From Spirochaetia bacterium (lineage in GTDB: Bacteria > Spirochaetota > Spirochaetia > UBA9216): 64,000 bases of DNA. Below the pieces are notes generated by a model. That model made no database searches, had not been told where the DNA came from, and worked only from the letters and a program-made list of their open reading frames with translations. Positions 47,352-56,402 of the stretch are shown here, one piece after another. A program made the position numbers and the translations under genes. The first letter of the stretch is position 1; each line of letters opens with the position of its first letter. The DNA is taken from assembly GCA_963677925.2 (NCBI GenBank), contig CAXXYH010000004.1:1952001-2016000 (forward strand). The letters are read 5' to 3'.

Positions 47352-49382
47352 ATGAAAAATAAGTGTATACTAATATTGATAATTTTTATTTCAGGTTTTT
47401 CTGCATTTTCAGATAGCCTCGAATTTAAGGCTGCCCCTTATGTATCTCTTCCGGTTGCTGAAAGCGCAGATTATTATAATGTCGGCTATGGGGCAAATCT
47501 GGATCTTTTCTGGAGTCCTTTTCAAAACGGGATTTTCGGACTCTCCGGAGGTCTTGGTTATTCTGCACTGCCGACCCAGGCTGAAACTCTTTTATCTGCT
47601 TTCCGGCTGCAGTTGGGCGGCGGAGTTCGATGGCAGTTTCTGCCCCGCCTTACTCTCGGAGCAGATTTGCAGGCCGGGTTATATTATGGAATTTATGAAA
47701 CCCTTGATGCTCTGAATGCAGCCGCAAGGGGAGCAATACAGCTGGATTTTACTGTTACAGATGCATTCAGCTTCGGAGCCGGGGCCGATTATTCAAGATT
47801 TTTTACATCTGAAACCTCACTATATGACGGTGTAGGTGTAAGTATAATGGGAACTGTTAAACCCTCCGGAGTAGGAGCTTCACCAAAGATAGATTTAAAA
47901 TATATTGAAAGTCAGCCTGTTTTTCCGGTGTTCTATAAATGGTATGATACTAACACATTCGGAAACGGGACTTTAAAAAACTCCAGTACCTCAACTTTGA
48001 AGAATATCAGGGTACAGGTTTTTATTAATGAATTTATGGACACACCCAAAGACTGTATAAGTATAGCTCAGGTCAAACCCGGCGATACAGTTGATTTTCC
48101 GGTTTTTGCTTTATTTAAAGACAGTATTCTTACCGTGACCGAAAAAACAAAGGTTGCAGGTGAAATTGTTATTGAATATGAAGCACTTGGAAACACCTAC
48201 AGAACGAAAAAGAATTTTACTATAGATGTCTATGATCGAAATGCAATTACATGGTCTGATGATCGACGTGCTGCTTCTTTTGTTACTGCAAAGGATCCGT
48301 CAGTATTACAGTTCGCCAAGGAGATTGCAGGAGGAGCAAGGGAGTATCATCTAAAAGCTGGAGATAAAAACTTCCGTTCCGCAATGGCCATATTCATTGC
48401 TATGCAGGAATATGGAATGAAATATATTGTTGATCCGGTTTCTTCATATGAATCCTTGTCGGGTGATGAATCCGCTGTAGACTATCTGCAGTTTCCCAGG
48501 CAAACGCTTCAGTACAGATCCGGAGACTGTGATGATCTGACAATACTTTATTGTGCACTTCTTGAATCCGTCGGTATCAAAACAGCTTTTATAACTGTTC
48601 CGGGGCATATATATCCGGCTTTTGCATTGTCCATCTCTGAGGATGAAGCAGGAAAGACTTTCAGAAACGGACAGGAGAATTTGATTTTTGATCATGAACA
48701 GGTGTGGGTTCCTGTCGAAATTACAATGCTTAATTCCGGTTTCGTTGATGCATGGCAGAAAGGAGCCGGAGAATGGATGGAAAACGCCGAGAATGCTTCA
48801 ATTTATTCTATACATGATGCATGGAAGACTTATGAAAGTGTAGGTATCCGTGAGGAACTTAAGGAAATTAAAGTGCCTTTATGGAATGACGTAAAAGTAT
48901 CATATGGGAGGGAGATAGACAGATATATCGCATCAGAGCTTGATCCTCAGATTAAGCAGATAGAATCCAGGATGGCATCCATAGGTTCATCACCTAGACT
49001 GGAAAACAGAATCGGAACCCTTTACGCGAGATATGGAAAGCTTGATGAAGCAGGGAGAATATTCAAAAAAATCATTGAAAAGGATAATTTTCTGCCTTCT
49101 TACAATAACCTTGCCAATGTATATTATCTTCAGGAGGATTATTCTTCGGCTCTCTTATATTTTAACAAAGCTGAGAGCATTTCACCTGATCAAAGAACTA
49201 TAATTGCCGGCAGAATAAAAACACTAAAAGCCTTAAACCGATTTACAGAAGCTGATGAACAATTCAACAGGCTTTTAGCTCTTTATCCTGAATACGAAAA
49301 GGAATATTCCCTCTTATCGGGTAATTATGCTAATTCTGACAGGGCAGGTGAATCTGAACTGCCGGTGGAATGGGATGATTAA
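47352..49382 (+). CDS. Exported protein: beta-barrel-like N-terminus, transglutaminase-like domain, TPR
   Basis: Signal peptide; amphipathic strands; QFP.QTL....GDCDD...L..ALLE..GI.......PGH...WVPVE.T; C-terminal NNLANVYY TPRs. Confidence 0.78.
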   Translation: MKNKCILILIIFISGFSAFSDSLEFKAAPYVSLPVAESADYYNVGYGANLDLFWSPFQNGIFGLSGGLGYSALPTQAETLLSAFRLQLGGGVRWQFLPRLTLGADLQAGLYYGIYETLDALNAAARGAIQLDFTVTDAFSFGAGADYSRFFTSETSLYDGVGVSIMGTVKPSGVGASPKIDLKYIESQPVFPVFYKWYDTNTFGNGTLKNSSTSTLKNIRVQVFINEFMDTPKDCISIAQVKPGDTVDFPVFALFKDSILTVTEKTKVAGEIVIEYEALGNTYRTKKNFTIDVYDRNAITWSDDRRAASFVTAKDPSVLQFAKEIAGGAREYHLKAGDKNFRSAMAIFIAMQEYGMKYIVDPVSSYESLSGDESAVDYLQFPRQTLQYRSGDCDDLTILYCALLESVGIKTAFITVPGHIYPAFALSISEDEAGKTFRNGQENLIFDHEQVWVPVEITMLNSGFVDAWQKGAGEWMENAENASIYSIHDAWKTYESVGIREELKEIKVPLWNDVKVSYGREIDRYIASELDPQIKQIESRMASIGSSPRLENRIGTLYARYGKLDEAGRIFKKIIEKDNFLPSYNNLANVYYLQEDYSSALLYFNKAESISPDQRTIIAGRIKTLKALNRFTEADEQFNRLLALYPEYEKEYSLLSGNYANSDRAGESELPVEWDD

Positions 49383-49384
49383 AA

Positions 49385-50593
49385 CTATTCCGTAAGCGCA
49401 GTTTTCTCTGACACCCTGTTTCTGAGGAGCAGGGTAGTCAGGAAGGTAATTCCCAGAAGTATAGTGAAGAATACAAGAATATAATCAAGTGAAAGATTAA
49501 TTGAAATAAAGCTGCCAAGTACTGGTGATATAAACCATGCAGTCGAGCCTACCATGGTCTGAATACCGAATAGAAATCCTCGGTTCGCAGATGGAACCTT
49601 CTCGCTTGTGAGTGACATTACAAGAGGCTCAATGCCTCCTATGAAAAAATAAGTCAGCATCAGAGATATAAATAGACCTGATACACCGCCCAAAATATTA
49701 GAGGAAAGTGAAACAACCGCACCGATACCGGAAAGAATATACAGCAGTTTTGAACGGTCCATTGAATCTCCGAGTCTCGCAAGAGTGAGTCCGGAAAGAG
49801 CAGACACCAGCCCGATTCCTCCCGACAGCAGACCGGTTATGCTTGCACTTCCTTCGATGGTGCCACGGAGTTCCTGAATATACAGAGGAAGGAAGGGGGT
49901 AGGGAGTGTACGCGACATTCTCATAAAAAACAGGATGATAAACAATGCAATTATACTAGGCGTAATTAGTTTCAGTTTACGGTTTGCGGGGGCTTCCGGA
50001 GTTCTGTTTTTTCCTTCTATGTCCTGTTCAGGTTCCCTGATAATTAGGATTACGAGAAAGAATCCGGCAATTAGAATTGCCGAACCTATAAAAAAGCTCA
50101 TTCTGTATCCGAAATATTCTGCAATAATTCCGCCTATTGCAGGTCCCAGGGAATATCCGATAAAGGTTGATGATGATAGAAACCCAAGCGCATAGGATAG
50201 TTTTTTTACCGGAGTCCCTGTTGCCACGAGGGCAGAGCTTGAGGTTACTGTTCCTGTGATAGCTCCCTGAAGGATTCTGAAGATGAAAACGGCATAGATG
50301 CTTCTTGAAAGACCGAGCCCGGCAAGCACAATTGCCGCCCCCATCATTGCTCTTGCAAGCATAAGTTTTTTTCCGAATTTATCAGCAAGGTATCCCCATA
50401 CGGGAGCCATAACAGCAAGAGCTACACCAGGCATCGCAGTCAGGAGTCCTGTCCAGAATTTCAGTGCAACCGGATCTGTTATACCCATTTCCTGAATATA
50501 GAAAGGGATAAAAGGCAGGCCGAATCCGAATCCTATAAGAGAAAGTAACTGAGTAAACCAGACTGCATAGAGATTCCTGCGCCATAACTGCAT
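49385..50593 (-). CDS. MFS transporter (DHA1/MdtG-like)
   Basis: W.RNL...W, P.WG.LADK.GKK.ML.RA, R.LQG, GP.IGG. Confidence 0.9.
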   Translation of the reverse strand: MQLWRRNLYAVWFTQLLSLIGFGFGLPFIPFYIQEMGITDPVALKFWTGLLTAMPGVALAVMAPVWGYLADKFGKKLMLARAMMGAAIVLAGLGLSRSIYAVFIFRILQGAITGTVTSSSALVATGTPVKKLSYALGFLSSSTFIGYSLGPAIGGIIAEYFGYRMSFFIGSAILIAGFFLVILIIREPEQDIEGKNRTPEAPANRKLKLITPSIIALFIILFFMRMSRTLPTPFLPLYIQELRGTIEGSASITGLLSGGIGLVSALSGLTLARLGDSMDRSKLLYILSGIGAVVSLSSNILGGVSGLFISLMLTYFFIGGIEPLVMSLTSEKVPSANRGFLFGIQTMVGSTAWFISPVLGSFISINLSLDYILVFFTILLGITFLTTLLLRNRVSEKTALTE

Positions 50594-50642
50594 GTGAATA
50601 TTTTACTTAAAAAGACCTGTTTGGTAAATCAGGCTATAAAAA

Positions 50643-51575
50643 TCATTTAATATGCTTAAATTTTACTATGGCAAACTTACCCATCTTAATGAGTCTTGTG
50701 ACTTCTGCATTTGCAAAACAGTTCCTGGTTACATCGTTACTCAGGTAAATTCTGATATCCTCTTCAGGATGAAGCTCATGTTCCTGCGTATTGATTATGA
50801 CTGCAGCATCCTGGGAAAGCAGAAGAAGTTCAGATTCCTGATGGTCCTGATAATCTTCATCCTCACTCTGTATATATATCTTAAGCCTTACTTTCTTTTT
50901 AACCGGTTCAGATTCCATCTCATGATTTACTTCAATCAAATTTTCTTTAACTTTGTTAACCTTTAACTGATAGAAAGCTATCCCCGAGTAAGAGCATGTA
51001 AAAAGTTCAATATAATCACCCGGTGAAACCTGATTCTGGATTTCATCGGTTTTAATCAGCATATTTACATCTGAAACTGAATAGATATCGGCATCAGCTG
51101 TTTCTCCGGAATTTAATGACAGCTTGACTGCTGAATTGGCCTGAAGAGATCTTGTTGTATGATCCGGTATCTGATCTATATTGTGGCTGAACCCCAGTTT
51201 TGCTGAAAGTGAATCGAGCAAATCAGTTCTGATAGTAGAAACAGCAGAGAGATATTCGGCTGCATGTCTGAATGTTCCGCGATTTGTAAGCAGAAGATAC
51301 TTTTTATCGGAATCTTTCAGGTATACAGATAATTCATCAATTAAATCAAGTTCATTTATAGTAAGGTTTAGTTTGCGGATTAGTTTTTCGTAACGGTTTC
51401 TGACTGTAATTCTTGTCTTCCGTCTCTGGGTTCCCTTCAGTATCAACGCCAGAATACTGAATATTACTATGATAGATACAATAATTGTCAGAAATGTAAA
51501 TTCTTCTGTTCTGGTAGTCGCGTTTAGTGCTTTTTTTATTGCATCAAGAACTGTTTGTGTTGTTTCATTATTCAT
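50643..51575 (-). CDS. Hypothetical single-pass membrane protein (possible degenerate PilZN/PilZ layout)
   Basis: One N-terminal TM, helical region, two beta-rich segments; no clear RxxxR motif; start re-called to ATG 51575. Confidence 0.6.
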   Translation of the reverse strand: MNNETTQTVLDAIKKALNATTRTEEFTFLTIIVSIIVIFSILALILKGTQRRKTRITVRNRYEKLIRKLNLTINELDLIDELSVYLKDSDKKYLLLTNRGTFRHAAEYLSAVSTIRTDLLDSLSAKLGFSHNIDQIPDHTTRSLQANSAVKLSLNSGETADADIYSVSDVNMLIKTDEIQNQVSPGDYIELFTCSYSGIAFYQLKVNKVKENLIEVNHEMESEPVKKKVRLKIYIQSEDEDYQDHQESELLLLSQDAAVIINTQEHELHPEEDIRIYLSNDVTRNCFANAEVTRLIKMGKFAIVKFKHIK

Positions 51576-51634
51576 ATCTCTTATTCTTAATCTTAGTTGC
51601 AGATATGTCAATCATAATACACTGTGTGATATTC

Positions 51635-52270
51635 TTAAAAGGGAACCGGTGAACTGAACTCTATTTTTTCCCCTGTCTCAGGATGATAAAAAGCAATCTC
51701 CGAAGCATGAAGCAGCAGCCGTTCTCCCGGTTTACGGCTGCCGTAAAGCCGATCTCCGCAGATGGGATGTCCAAGACCAAGCGGGTGGGCTGAATGGACC
51801 CTGAGCTGATGAGTTCTTCCGGTAAGCGGTGTAAACTCAATTCTCGTTTTTGTATCTTCGATAGATAATTTTTTCCAAAGTGTGATGCCTTTTCTTCCAT
51901 TTACAGGATCATGAACCTGGTATGGACGGTTATCAGGATCCAGTCTGAAGTAAAGTTCGATCCGGCCTTCATCACCTTTAATCAGGCCGTCAAGAACTGC
52001 AATATATCTTTTAGATACAGTTCTCTGCTGAAACTGTATTGAGAGGGCTCGGAGAGCCTCTGTGGTCTTTGCATAAACCATTACTCCGCTGGTGTCCATA
52101 TCCAGCCTGTGCGCAGCCGGGTTATTAACTATTCCCGGAAACTTTTCTTTAAGTATGCTTACAACGCAGTACTGTTTGTCCTCCCCCCTGCCGGGAACCG
52201 ACAGCAGGCCCTCTGGTTTATTGATAACTATAATACTCTCATCATCATAAATAATAAAATCATCTTTCAT
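51635..52270 (-). CDS. RluA family pseudouridine synthase
   Basis: NKPEGLLSVPG, HRLDMDTSG, TGRTHQLRVH..H..GLG.PI.GD.LYG, LHA; start re-called to ATG 52270 (ATGA overlap). Confidence 0.93.
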   Translation of the reverse strand: MKDDFIIYDDESIIVINKPEGLLSVPGRGEDKQYCVVSILKEKFPGIVNNPAAHRLDMDTSGVMVYAKTTEALRALSIQFQQRTVSKRYIAVLDGLIKGDEGRIELYFRLDPDNRPYQVHDPVNGRKGITLWKKLSIEDTKTRIEFTPLTGRTHQLRVHSAHPLGLGHPICGDRLYGSRKPGERLLLHASEIAFYHPETGEKIEFSSPVPF

Positions 52271-52950
52271 AAAACCATCCCGCTGCCCTGCAGCATAAAA
52301 CTCATAAGCGGTCCGCATTTTTCTTCACAGGGTGTATAAAATTCCCCATGTTTACGCTTTCCCGACTTATTTTCGGGGCCGTAAAAAAATTCGATCAAAT
52401 CAAGCGGTTTCAGATTATATAAAACCGCTGAATTAAGCAGTTTCGGTGCACAGCAGTCTCCTGTTCCCGACGGTATTCCCTTCCTGTCTTTAAAAAGTTC
52501 AAACAGTGACGTTGTATCACCTCTAAAGTTTCTAATATTGTACATTGCATGTATATCATGCATAAACTCTCTGGAAAGTTCCCTGCGCTTATTTTCAAGA
52601 CTTACCCGTTCCGGAGTGCCGGGGCTCATAGAGTTTATTTCTTTGCCCAGATTTTTTATCTCCGGATCCCGCTGCTCTACCATCAATGTGAATTCTTCAG
52701 TATCCAGAATAGGGTTTACCCATCCCGGAACATTCCAGTGTCCGTTGTACTGTCCGCTGAATGCTTTAAGCACTTTATCAGCACCATCAGCTGTTCTGCA
52801 CAGGAGCACTCCGAACATCTGACCGCCTCCGGTTCCAAACAGATAATCCGTGGATAACGCCGTATTGGGGATCTCACTCTCAAAATCAATTCTTTTAAAT
52901 GATTCCAGCTTATTTATTAGTTCTACAGCATACTCTTTTGCATTCTGCAT
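52267..52950 (-). CDS. Stand-alone TrcP-type cytidine-deaminase-like domain
   Basis: G.MFGVL, L.AFSG, PGWV.P, PSGTGDCCAPKLL, EF..G, R.HG.FY.PC..KC.P...ML; start re-called to ATG 52950. Confidence 0.7.
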   Translation of the reverse strand: MQNAKEYAVELINKLESFKRIDFESEIPNTALSTDYLFGTGGGQMFGVLLCRTADGADKVLKAFSGQYNGHWNVPGWVNPILDTEEFTLMVEQRDPEIKNLGKEINSMSPGTPERVSLENKRRELSREFMHDIHAMYNIRNFRGDTTSLFELFKDRKGIPSGTGDCCAPKLLNSAVLYNLKPLDLIEFFYGPENKSGKRKHGEFYTPCEEKCGPLMSFMLQGSGMVL

Positions 52951-52961
52951 TTTTTCTCTCT

Positions 52962-53642
52962 TTAGATAAACTCCCTTTGACGGTACCTGGATAATGAGAA
53001 CCTGAAGGCCGCTAAGAGCATCAATCCGGATAAAACAGGCATTACTGTGTTGATAATATATCTGTGTAAACCTGTCAGAATACCGATTGCATCCTGAAAC
53101 GAGTCCGGTGTTTTTCTGGTAAGTTCCGGGCACAATTTCATTACTATCGTGTATATACCCAGTACCGCTATCATGGCAATATAATTAGCCCACCTGCTTT
53201 TATGGTAGCCCATGCTGAAATATAATGGAAAATAGATGCTGAAGTAAACTGCGGGAAAGAATATAAACTGAATCAGCAGATCTGCAGAAAATACGTCTTC
53301 AATACGTATTTCAGCAATAAAGAATGACATAACGACGATCGATACGCTTCTGATGATATTAAATAAAAGAAGATAAATACCTATACTGATGAACTTCGCT
53401 GCAACTAATTCACCCCGGCTTACCGGCATTGCTGCGAATGCACGATCGGTCTGATATTTATCATCAAGGGCATTAGCATAAACAATATATATGTAAGCAG
53501 CTGCGATATACGGCAATATTATGAAAATTGAATCACTGCCGGAACTTACGGCAAATGCGCTCAGCACAGGCATCAGCAGCATATATACAGCAGATTTTCC
53601 GCCTTTCTGTATTAAAAAATCCTTATAAACCAGACTCAGCAT
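52962..53642 (-). CDS. ABC-2 type transporter permease
   Basis: L.YKD, DD....D.....MPVSR...V..K, 6 TM, Y..REF end. Confidence 0.85.
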   Translation of the reverse strand: MLSLVYKDFLIQKGGKSAVYMLLMPVLSAFAVSSGSDSIFIILPYIAAAYIYIVYANALDDKYQTDRAFAAMPVSRGELVAAKFISIGIYLLLFNIIRSVSIVVMSFFIAEIRIEDVFSADLLIQFIFFPAVYFSIYFPLYFSMGYHKSRWANYIAMIAVLGIYTIVMKLCPELTRKTPDSFQDAIGILTGLHRYIINTVMPVLSGLMLLAAFRFSLSRYRQREFI

Positions 53643-54525
53643 TTTTTTCTCCTTTAAGCATGGTAAGCATCAATTCTTCAAGACTGGGCCTGCTGATTAT
53701 CAGATCACGGGAATCTATCTGCCGGCTGAATATCTTCCGGGTGAGTTCCATATTGTCAGTTATTCCGGTAAAATGCGTGTCGCGCCTGTTTATATAGCCG
53801 ATACTTCCCGAGGTATCGCGATCAAGAAGATCAATTCTGCCTTTCACAAGCCGGAACCGGTCACTGAGAGAATCCATAGGCTCATTGAAAACTATTTTTC
53901 CGTCTTTTAGAAAGGCTATATAATCAGCAATCTTTTCCAAATCAGTTGTGATGTGACTCGAGAATATAACCGAGATTTCTTCCTCAGCAATCCTCTGCTG
54001 CAGAAGGTCAAGGATTTCCGATCTGAACAGAGGATCAAGGCCTGATGTAGGTTCATCCATGATAATTAATTCCGCCTGATGTGAAAGGGCAATTGCAAGA
54101 GAATACTTCATCTTCATCCCCTTTGAAAGGGTCTCAATTTTCCTTGCCGGATCCAGTCCGAAATCACTTATGTAGCTATTATACGCGGCTGAATCCCAAT
54201 TTTTATATAGTTTTGAGACTATCCCGGTCATTTCCCTGAGGGTCAGCTGCTGGTACCAGGGCGGTTCATCGAATACAAAACCTATACGCTGTTTAATCTC
54301 TTTTTCTGCATTGAAAAGATCTTCACCGAATATCTTAATGTCGCCGCTGTCTCGATTTATAAGATTGAGGATTAATTTAATCAGAGTTGTTTTGCCGGCT
54401 CCATTAGGTCCTATCAGGCCCAGAATATAGCCTTTTTCAAGCGAAATAGATACATTTTCAAGGCTGAAGGTGCTTGATTGATCATATCGTTTTGATATGC
54501 CGCTTATTTCGATTACAGGTGGCAT
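53623..54525 (-). CDS. ABC transporter ATP-binding protein (YtrB-like)
   Basis: GPNGAGKTT, LSKGM, IMDEPTSGLDP, SSH. Confidence 0.95.
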   Translation of the reverse strand: MPPVIEISGISKRYDQSSTFSLENVSISLEKGYILGLIGPNGAGKTTLIKLILNLINRDSGDIKIFGEDLFNAEKEIKQRIGFVFDEPPWYQQLTLREMTGIVSKLYKNWDSAAYNSYISDFGLDPARKIETLSKGMKMKYSLAIALSHQAELIIMDEPTSGLDPLFRSEILDLLQQRIAEEEISVIFSSHITTDLEKIADYIAFLKDGKIVFNEPMDSLSDRFRLVKGRIDLLDRDTSGSIGYINRRDTHFTGITDNMELTRKIFSRQIDSRDLIISRPSLEELMLTMLKGEKNAESGL

Positions 54526-54526
54526 T

Positions 54527-54901
54527 TCAGTTTTCCTCCTTTAAGATTCGAAGCATGTCTGCAATTTCATTAATATCAAGATTTAGGTAATCAGCCTGCT
54601 TGATTACTTCGGATAGCAGCTCTTCCAGCAGTCTAAGCCGTCTTTCCCTGAGCATTGAATTATTATCTGCCGCAAAGCAGCCTTTTCCGGGGATGGTAAC
54701 TATAAGCCCTTCCTTTTCCAGCTCATCATAGGCTCTTTTCGTTGTAATTACGCTTATCGAAAGCTCTGCCGCCATACTGCGGATTGAAGGCAGTGGTTCT
54801 CCTCCCTCAATTTCTCCGTTCATGATCGACTTTCGAAGCTGAGAGACTATCTGTTCGTACAAGGGCAAATCTGAACTGTTTGATATGACAATATTTAACA
54901 T
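54527..54901 (-). CDS. GntR family regulator, YtrA subfamily
   Basis: PLYEQI, LPSIR..A.EL.IS..T..RAY.ELE..G, GKG; short C-terminus; GAGG RBS before ATG 54901. Confidence 0.92.
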   Translation of the reverse strand: MLNIVISNSSDLPLYEQIVSQLRKSIMNGEIEGGEPLPSIRSMAAELSISVITTKRAYDELEKEGLIVTIPGKGCFAADNNSMLRERRLRLLEELLSEVIKQADYLNLDINEIADMLRILKEEN

Positions 54902-54908
54902 ACTTCCT

Positions 54909-54958
54909 CTGTTATAACTGTATATGATAAAATATACACAGTTATAACAGTATGTCAA
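54909..54958 (-). promoter_or_regulatory. YtrA-type operator (long inverted repeat) overlapping a sigma70 promoter
   Basis: CTGTTATAACTGT-N16-ACAGTTATAACAG (54909-54950); minus strand TTGACA-N16-TATATT. Confidence 0.82.
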
Positions 54959-54967
54959 GCAAGGAAT

Positions 54968-55468
54968 CTAATAATCAGTGATTTTTATAAATGAAGATAT
55001 GTATTTAATAAACCCGTCGATTTCTTCAGGGGCCAGCAGGTAGGTTTTGTCTGCGGTTATGAAGACAGCCGCAGAATCATTCTGCATGGTTATAAGCTTG
55101 ACGTTTTCACCGCCCGCTATCCTGAATGTACCGGCTCTGAAGCCTCCCATTGCTATTCCATTCAGTTTTACAGATGGTTTCCATTCGGTTTCGGTATAGT
55201 CGGGGACATAAAGTACCTGCTGAACCTCATCCCAGCTGAATTTTATTTTTCCATAGCTTGTAGAGATGATACCATTTTCATCAGCAATTATTTTTGCAGG
55301 TCTGCCGAAACTGAAAAAAACAAAACCGAATACAACAACTACAATACAGAGTGCAATCAGTTTTTTGTTCCAGTCACCTTTTTTCAAAAACATGCTGAAA
55401 GTGATTGCAACAAGAGTAATAATTAATAAAATTAGAATGAAACCTGAAGAATTAACTGTAATTTCCAT
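54968..55468 (-). CDS. Membrane protein with bacterial PH domain
   Basis: Two TM helices, then K.NG.....F..G.F.....G..V.L...Y.L.PE. Confidence 0.72.
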   Translation of the reverse strand: MEITVNSSGFILILLIITLVAITFSMFLKKGDWNKKLIALCIVVVVFGFVFFSFGRPAKIIADENGIISTSYGKIKFSWDEVQQVLYVPDYTETEWKPSVKLNGIAMGGFRAGTFRIAGGENVKLITMQNDSAAVFITADKTYLLAPEEIDGFIKYISSFIKITDY

Positions 55469-55517
55469 ATTGATACCTCGTATTAGATATACAGGTTTAT
55501 GGGAAAGTTATTCACTA

Positions 55518-55970
55518 TCAGCTATTTTCTTCTTCACTGTTGAATAGATACATGAACTCTTCCTGTGAAACCAGTTCTTCGTTTTCTCCTGATTCCTGGA
55601 GTTCAGCAAGGCTTTCTTCAAGTGATGAAGATGCTTTGCGATAATCTGCCGAAATGTTCATGAAGTCATTCTTATATGTCATTATATGTTCAGAAAAGGG
55701 CAGCTTCCCTGTTGTCAGTTCATCTATCAGATCAGTAAAGAAACCGGTAACCCGTATCATTTCCTTAAGATTTTCAGGCTGTTTCAGCATACTTGCTTCA
55801 GTTATGGAAGCGTAAAGCTCCTTCAGCGCCTTGTTTATAAAGAGAACCTGGTTGACCACGTACTCAAGAAAAATAGAGGAATCTATGTTTATAGAACAGC
55901 CTTTTCGCAGTGTGCGAAGCATATCGTTGAGCAGGAAAAGGTTTTCTTCATAATGTATCATACTTGCCAT
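55518..55970 (-). CDS. Hypothetical helical protein
   Basis: 150-aa ORF with GAGG RBS; acidic C-terminus VSQEE...L. Confidence 0.7.
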   Translation of the reverse strand: MASMIHYEENLFLLNDMLRTLRKGCSINIDSSIFLEYVVNQVLFINKALKELYASITEASMLKQPENLKEMIRVTGFFTDLIDELTTGKLPFSEHIMTYKNDFMNISADYRKASSSLEESLAELQESGENEELVSQEEFMYLFNSEEENS

Positions 55971-55980
55971 AATACCCTCA

Positions 55981-56008
55981 TTTTCGGCTGAAAACTCCTC
56001 ATACTTGA
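55981..56008 (-). promoter_or_regulatory. sigma28-like promoter for the 55518-55970 gene
   Basis: Minus strand TCAA-N16-GCCGAAAA. Confidence 0.45.
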
Positions 56009-56033
56009 CATTGAAAAAGCACTATGATAGTCT
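56005..56033 (+). promoter_or_regulatory. sigma70 promoter of the rpsF operon
   Basis: TTGACA-N17-TAGTCT with TG extended -10. Confidence 0.75.
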
Positions 56034-56040
56034 CAACCGA

Positions 56041-56095
56041 CCTCTTTATCCGCCTCGGTATGAGATGCGGATCATTAAGACCATAGGGAGGAAAA
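56041..56095 (+). ncRNA. Probable S6:S18 ribosomal protein leader
   Basis: CCTCTTT pairs with the SD AGGGAGG; inner stem ATCCGC/GCGGAT; TAAGACC before the SD; directly upstream of rpsF. Confidence 0.6.
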
Positions 56096-56377
56096 ATGAG
56101 AAACTACGAAGTTGTTTTTATTTTCCGAACAGATGCTGACAATTACAAAGTCGGGCTGGAAAAAGTTAAAGAAGAATTAGCAAAAGCCGGTGCAAATATC
56201 CTTAAAGAAGAGGATATGGGTGACCGGGAACTGGCCTACCAGATCAAAAAGGAAGCAAGAGGGCATTATGTCCTTCTGGACATTGAAGTTGCTCCTGACA
56301 AAATTGTTTCCATCGAAAAGGATATCAAGCTTTTTAACGAAGTTCTCAAATTCTTATTCATAAAAAAAGAACAATAA
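56096..56377 (+). CDS. rpsF: 30S ribosomal protein S6
   Basis: MRNYE..FI, G.R.LAY.IKK...G.Y. Confidence 0.95.
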   Translation: MRNYEVVFIFRTDADNYKVGLEKVKEELAKAGANILKEEDMGDRELAYQIKKEARGHYVLLDIEVAPDKIVSIEKDIKLFNEVLKFLFIKKEQ

Positions 56378-56402
56378 ATTTCGTATAAGGAGCTGACTGC
56401 AT

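Noticed and set aside
40590-55500. tRNA-anchored genomic island or integrative element
   Set aside because: Gene content looks accessory and parts look AT-richer, but I saw no integrase, transposase or duplicated tRNA 3' end (att site).
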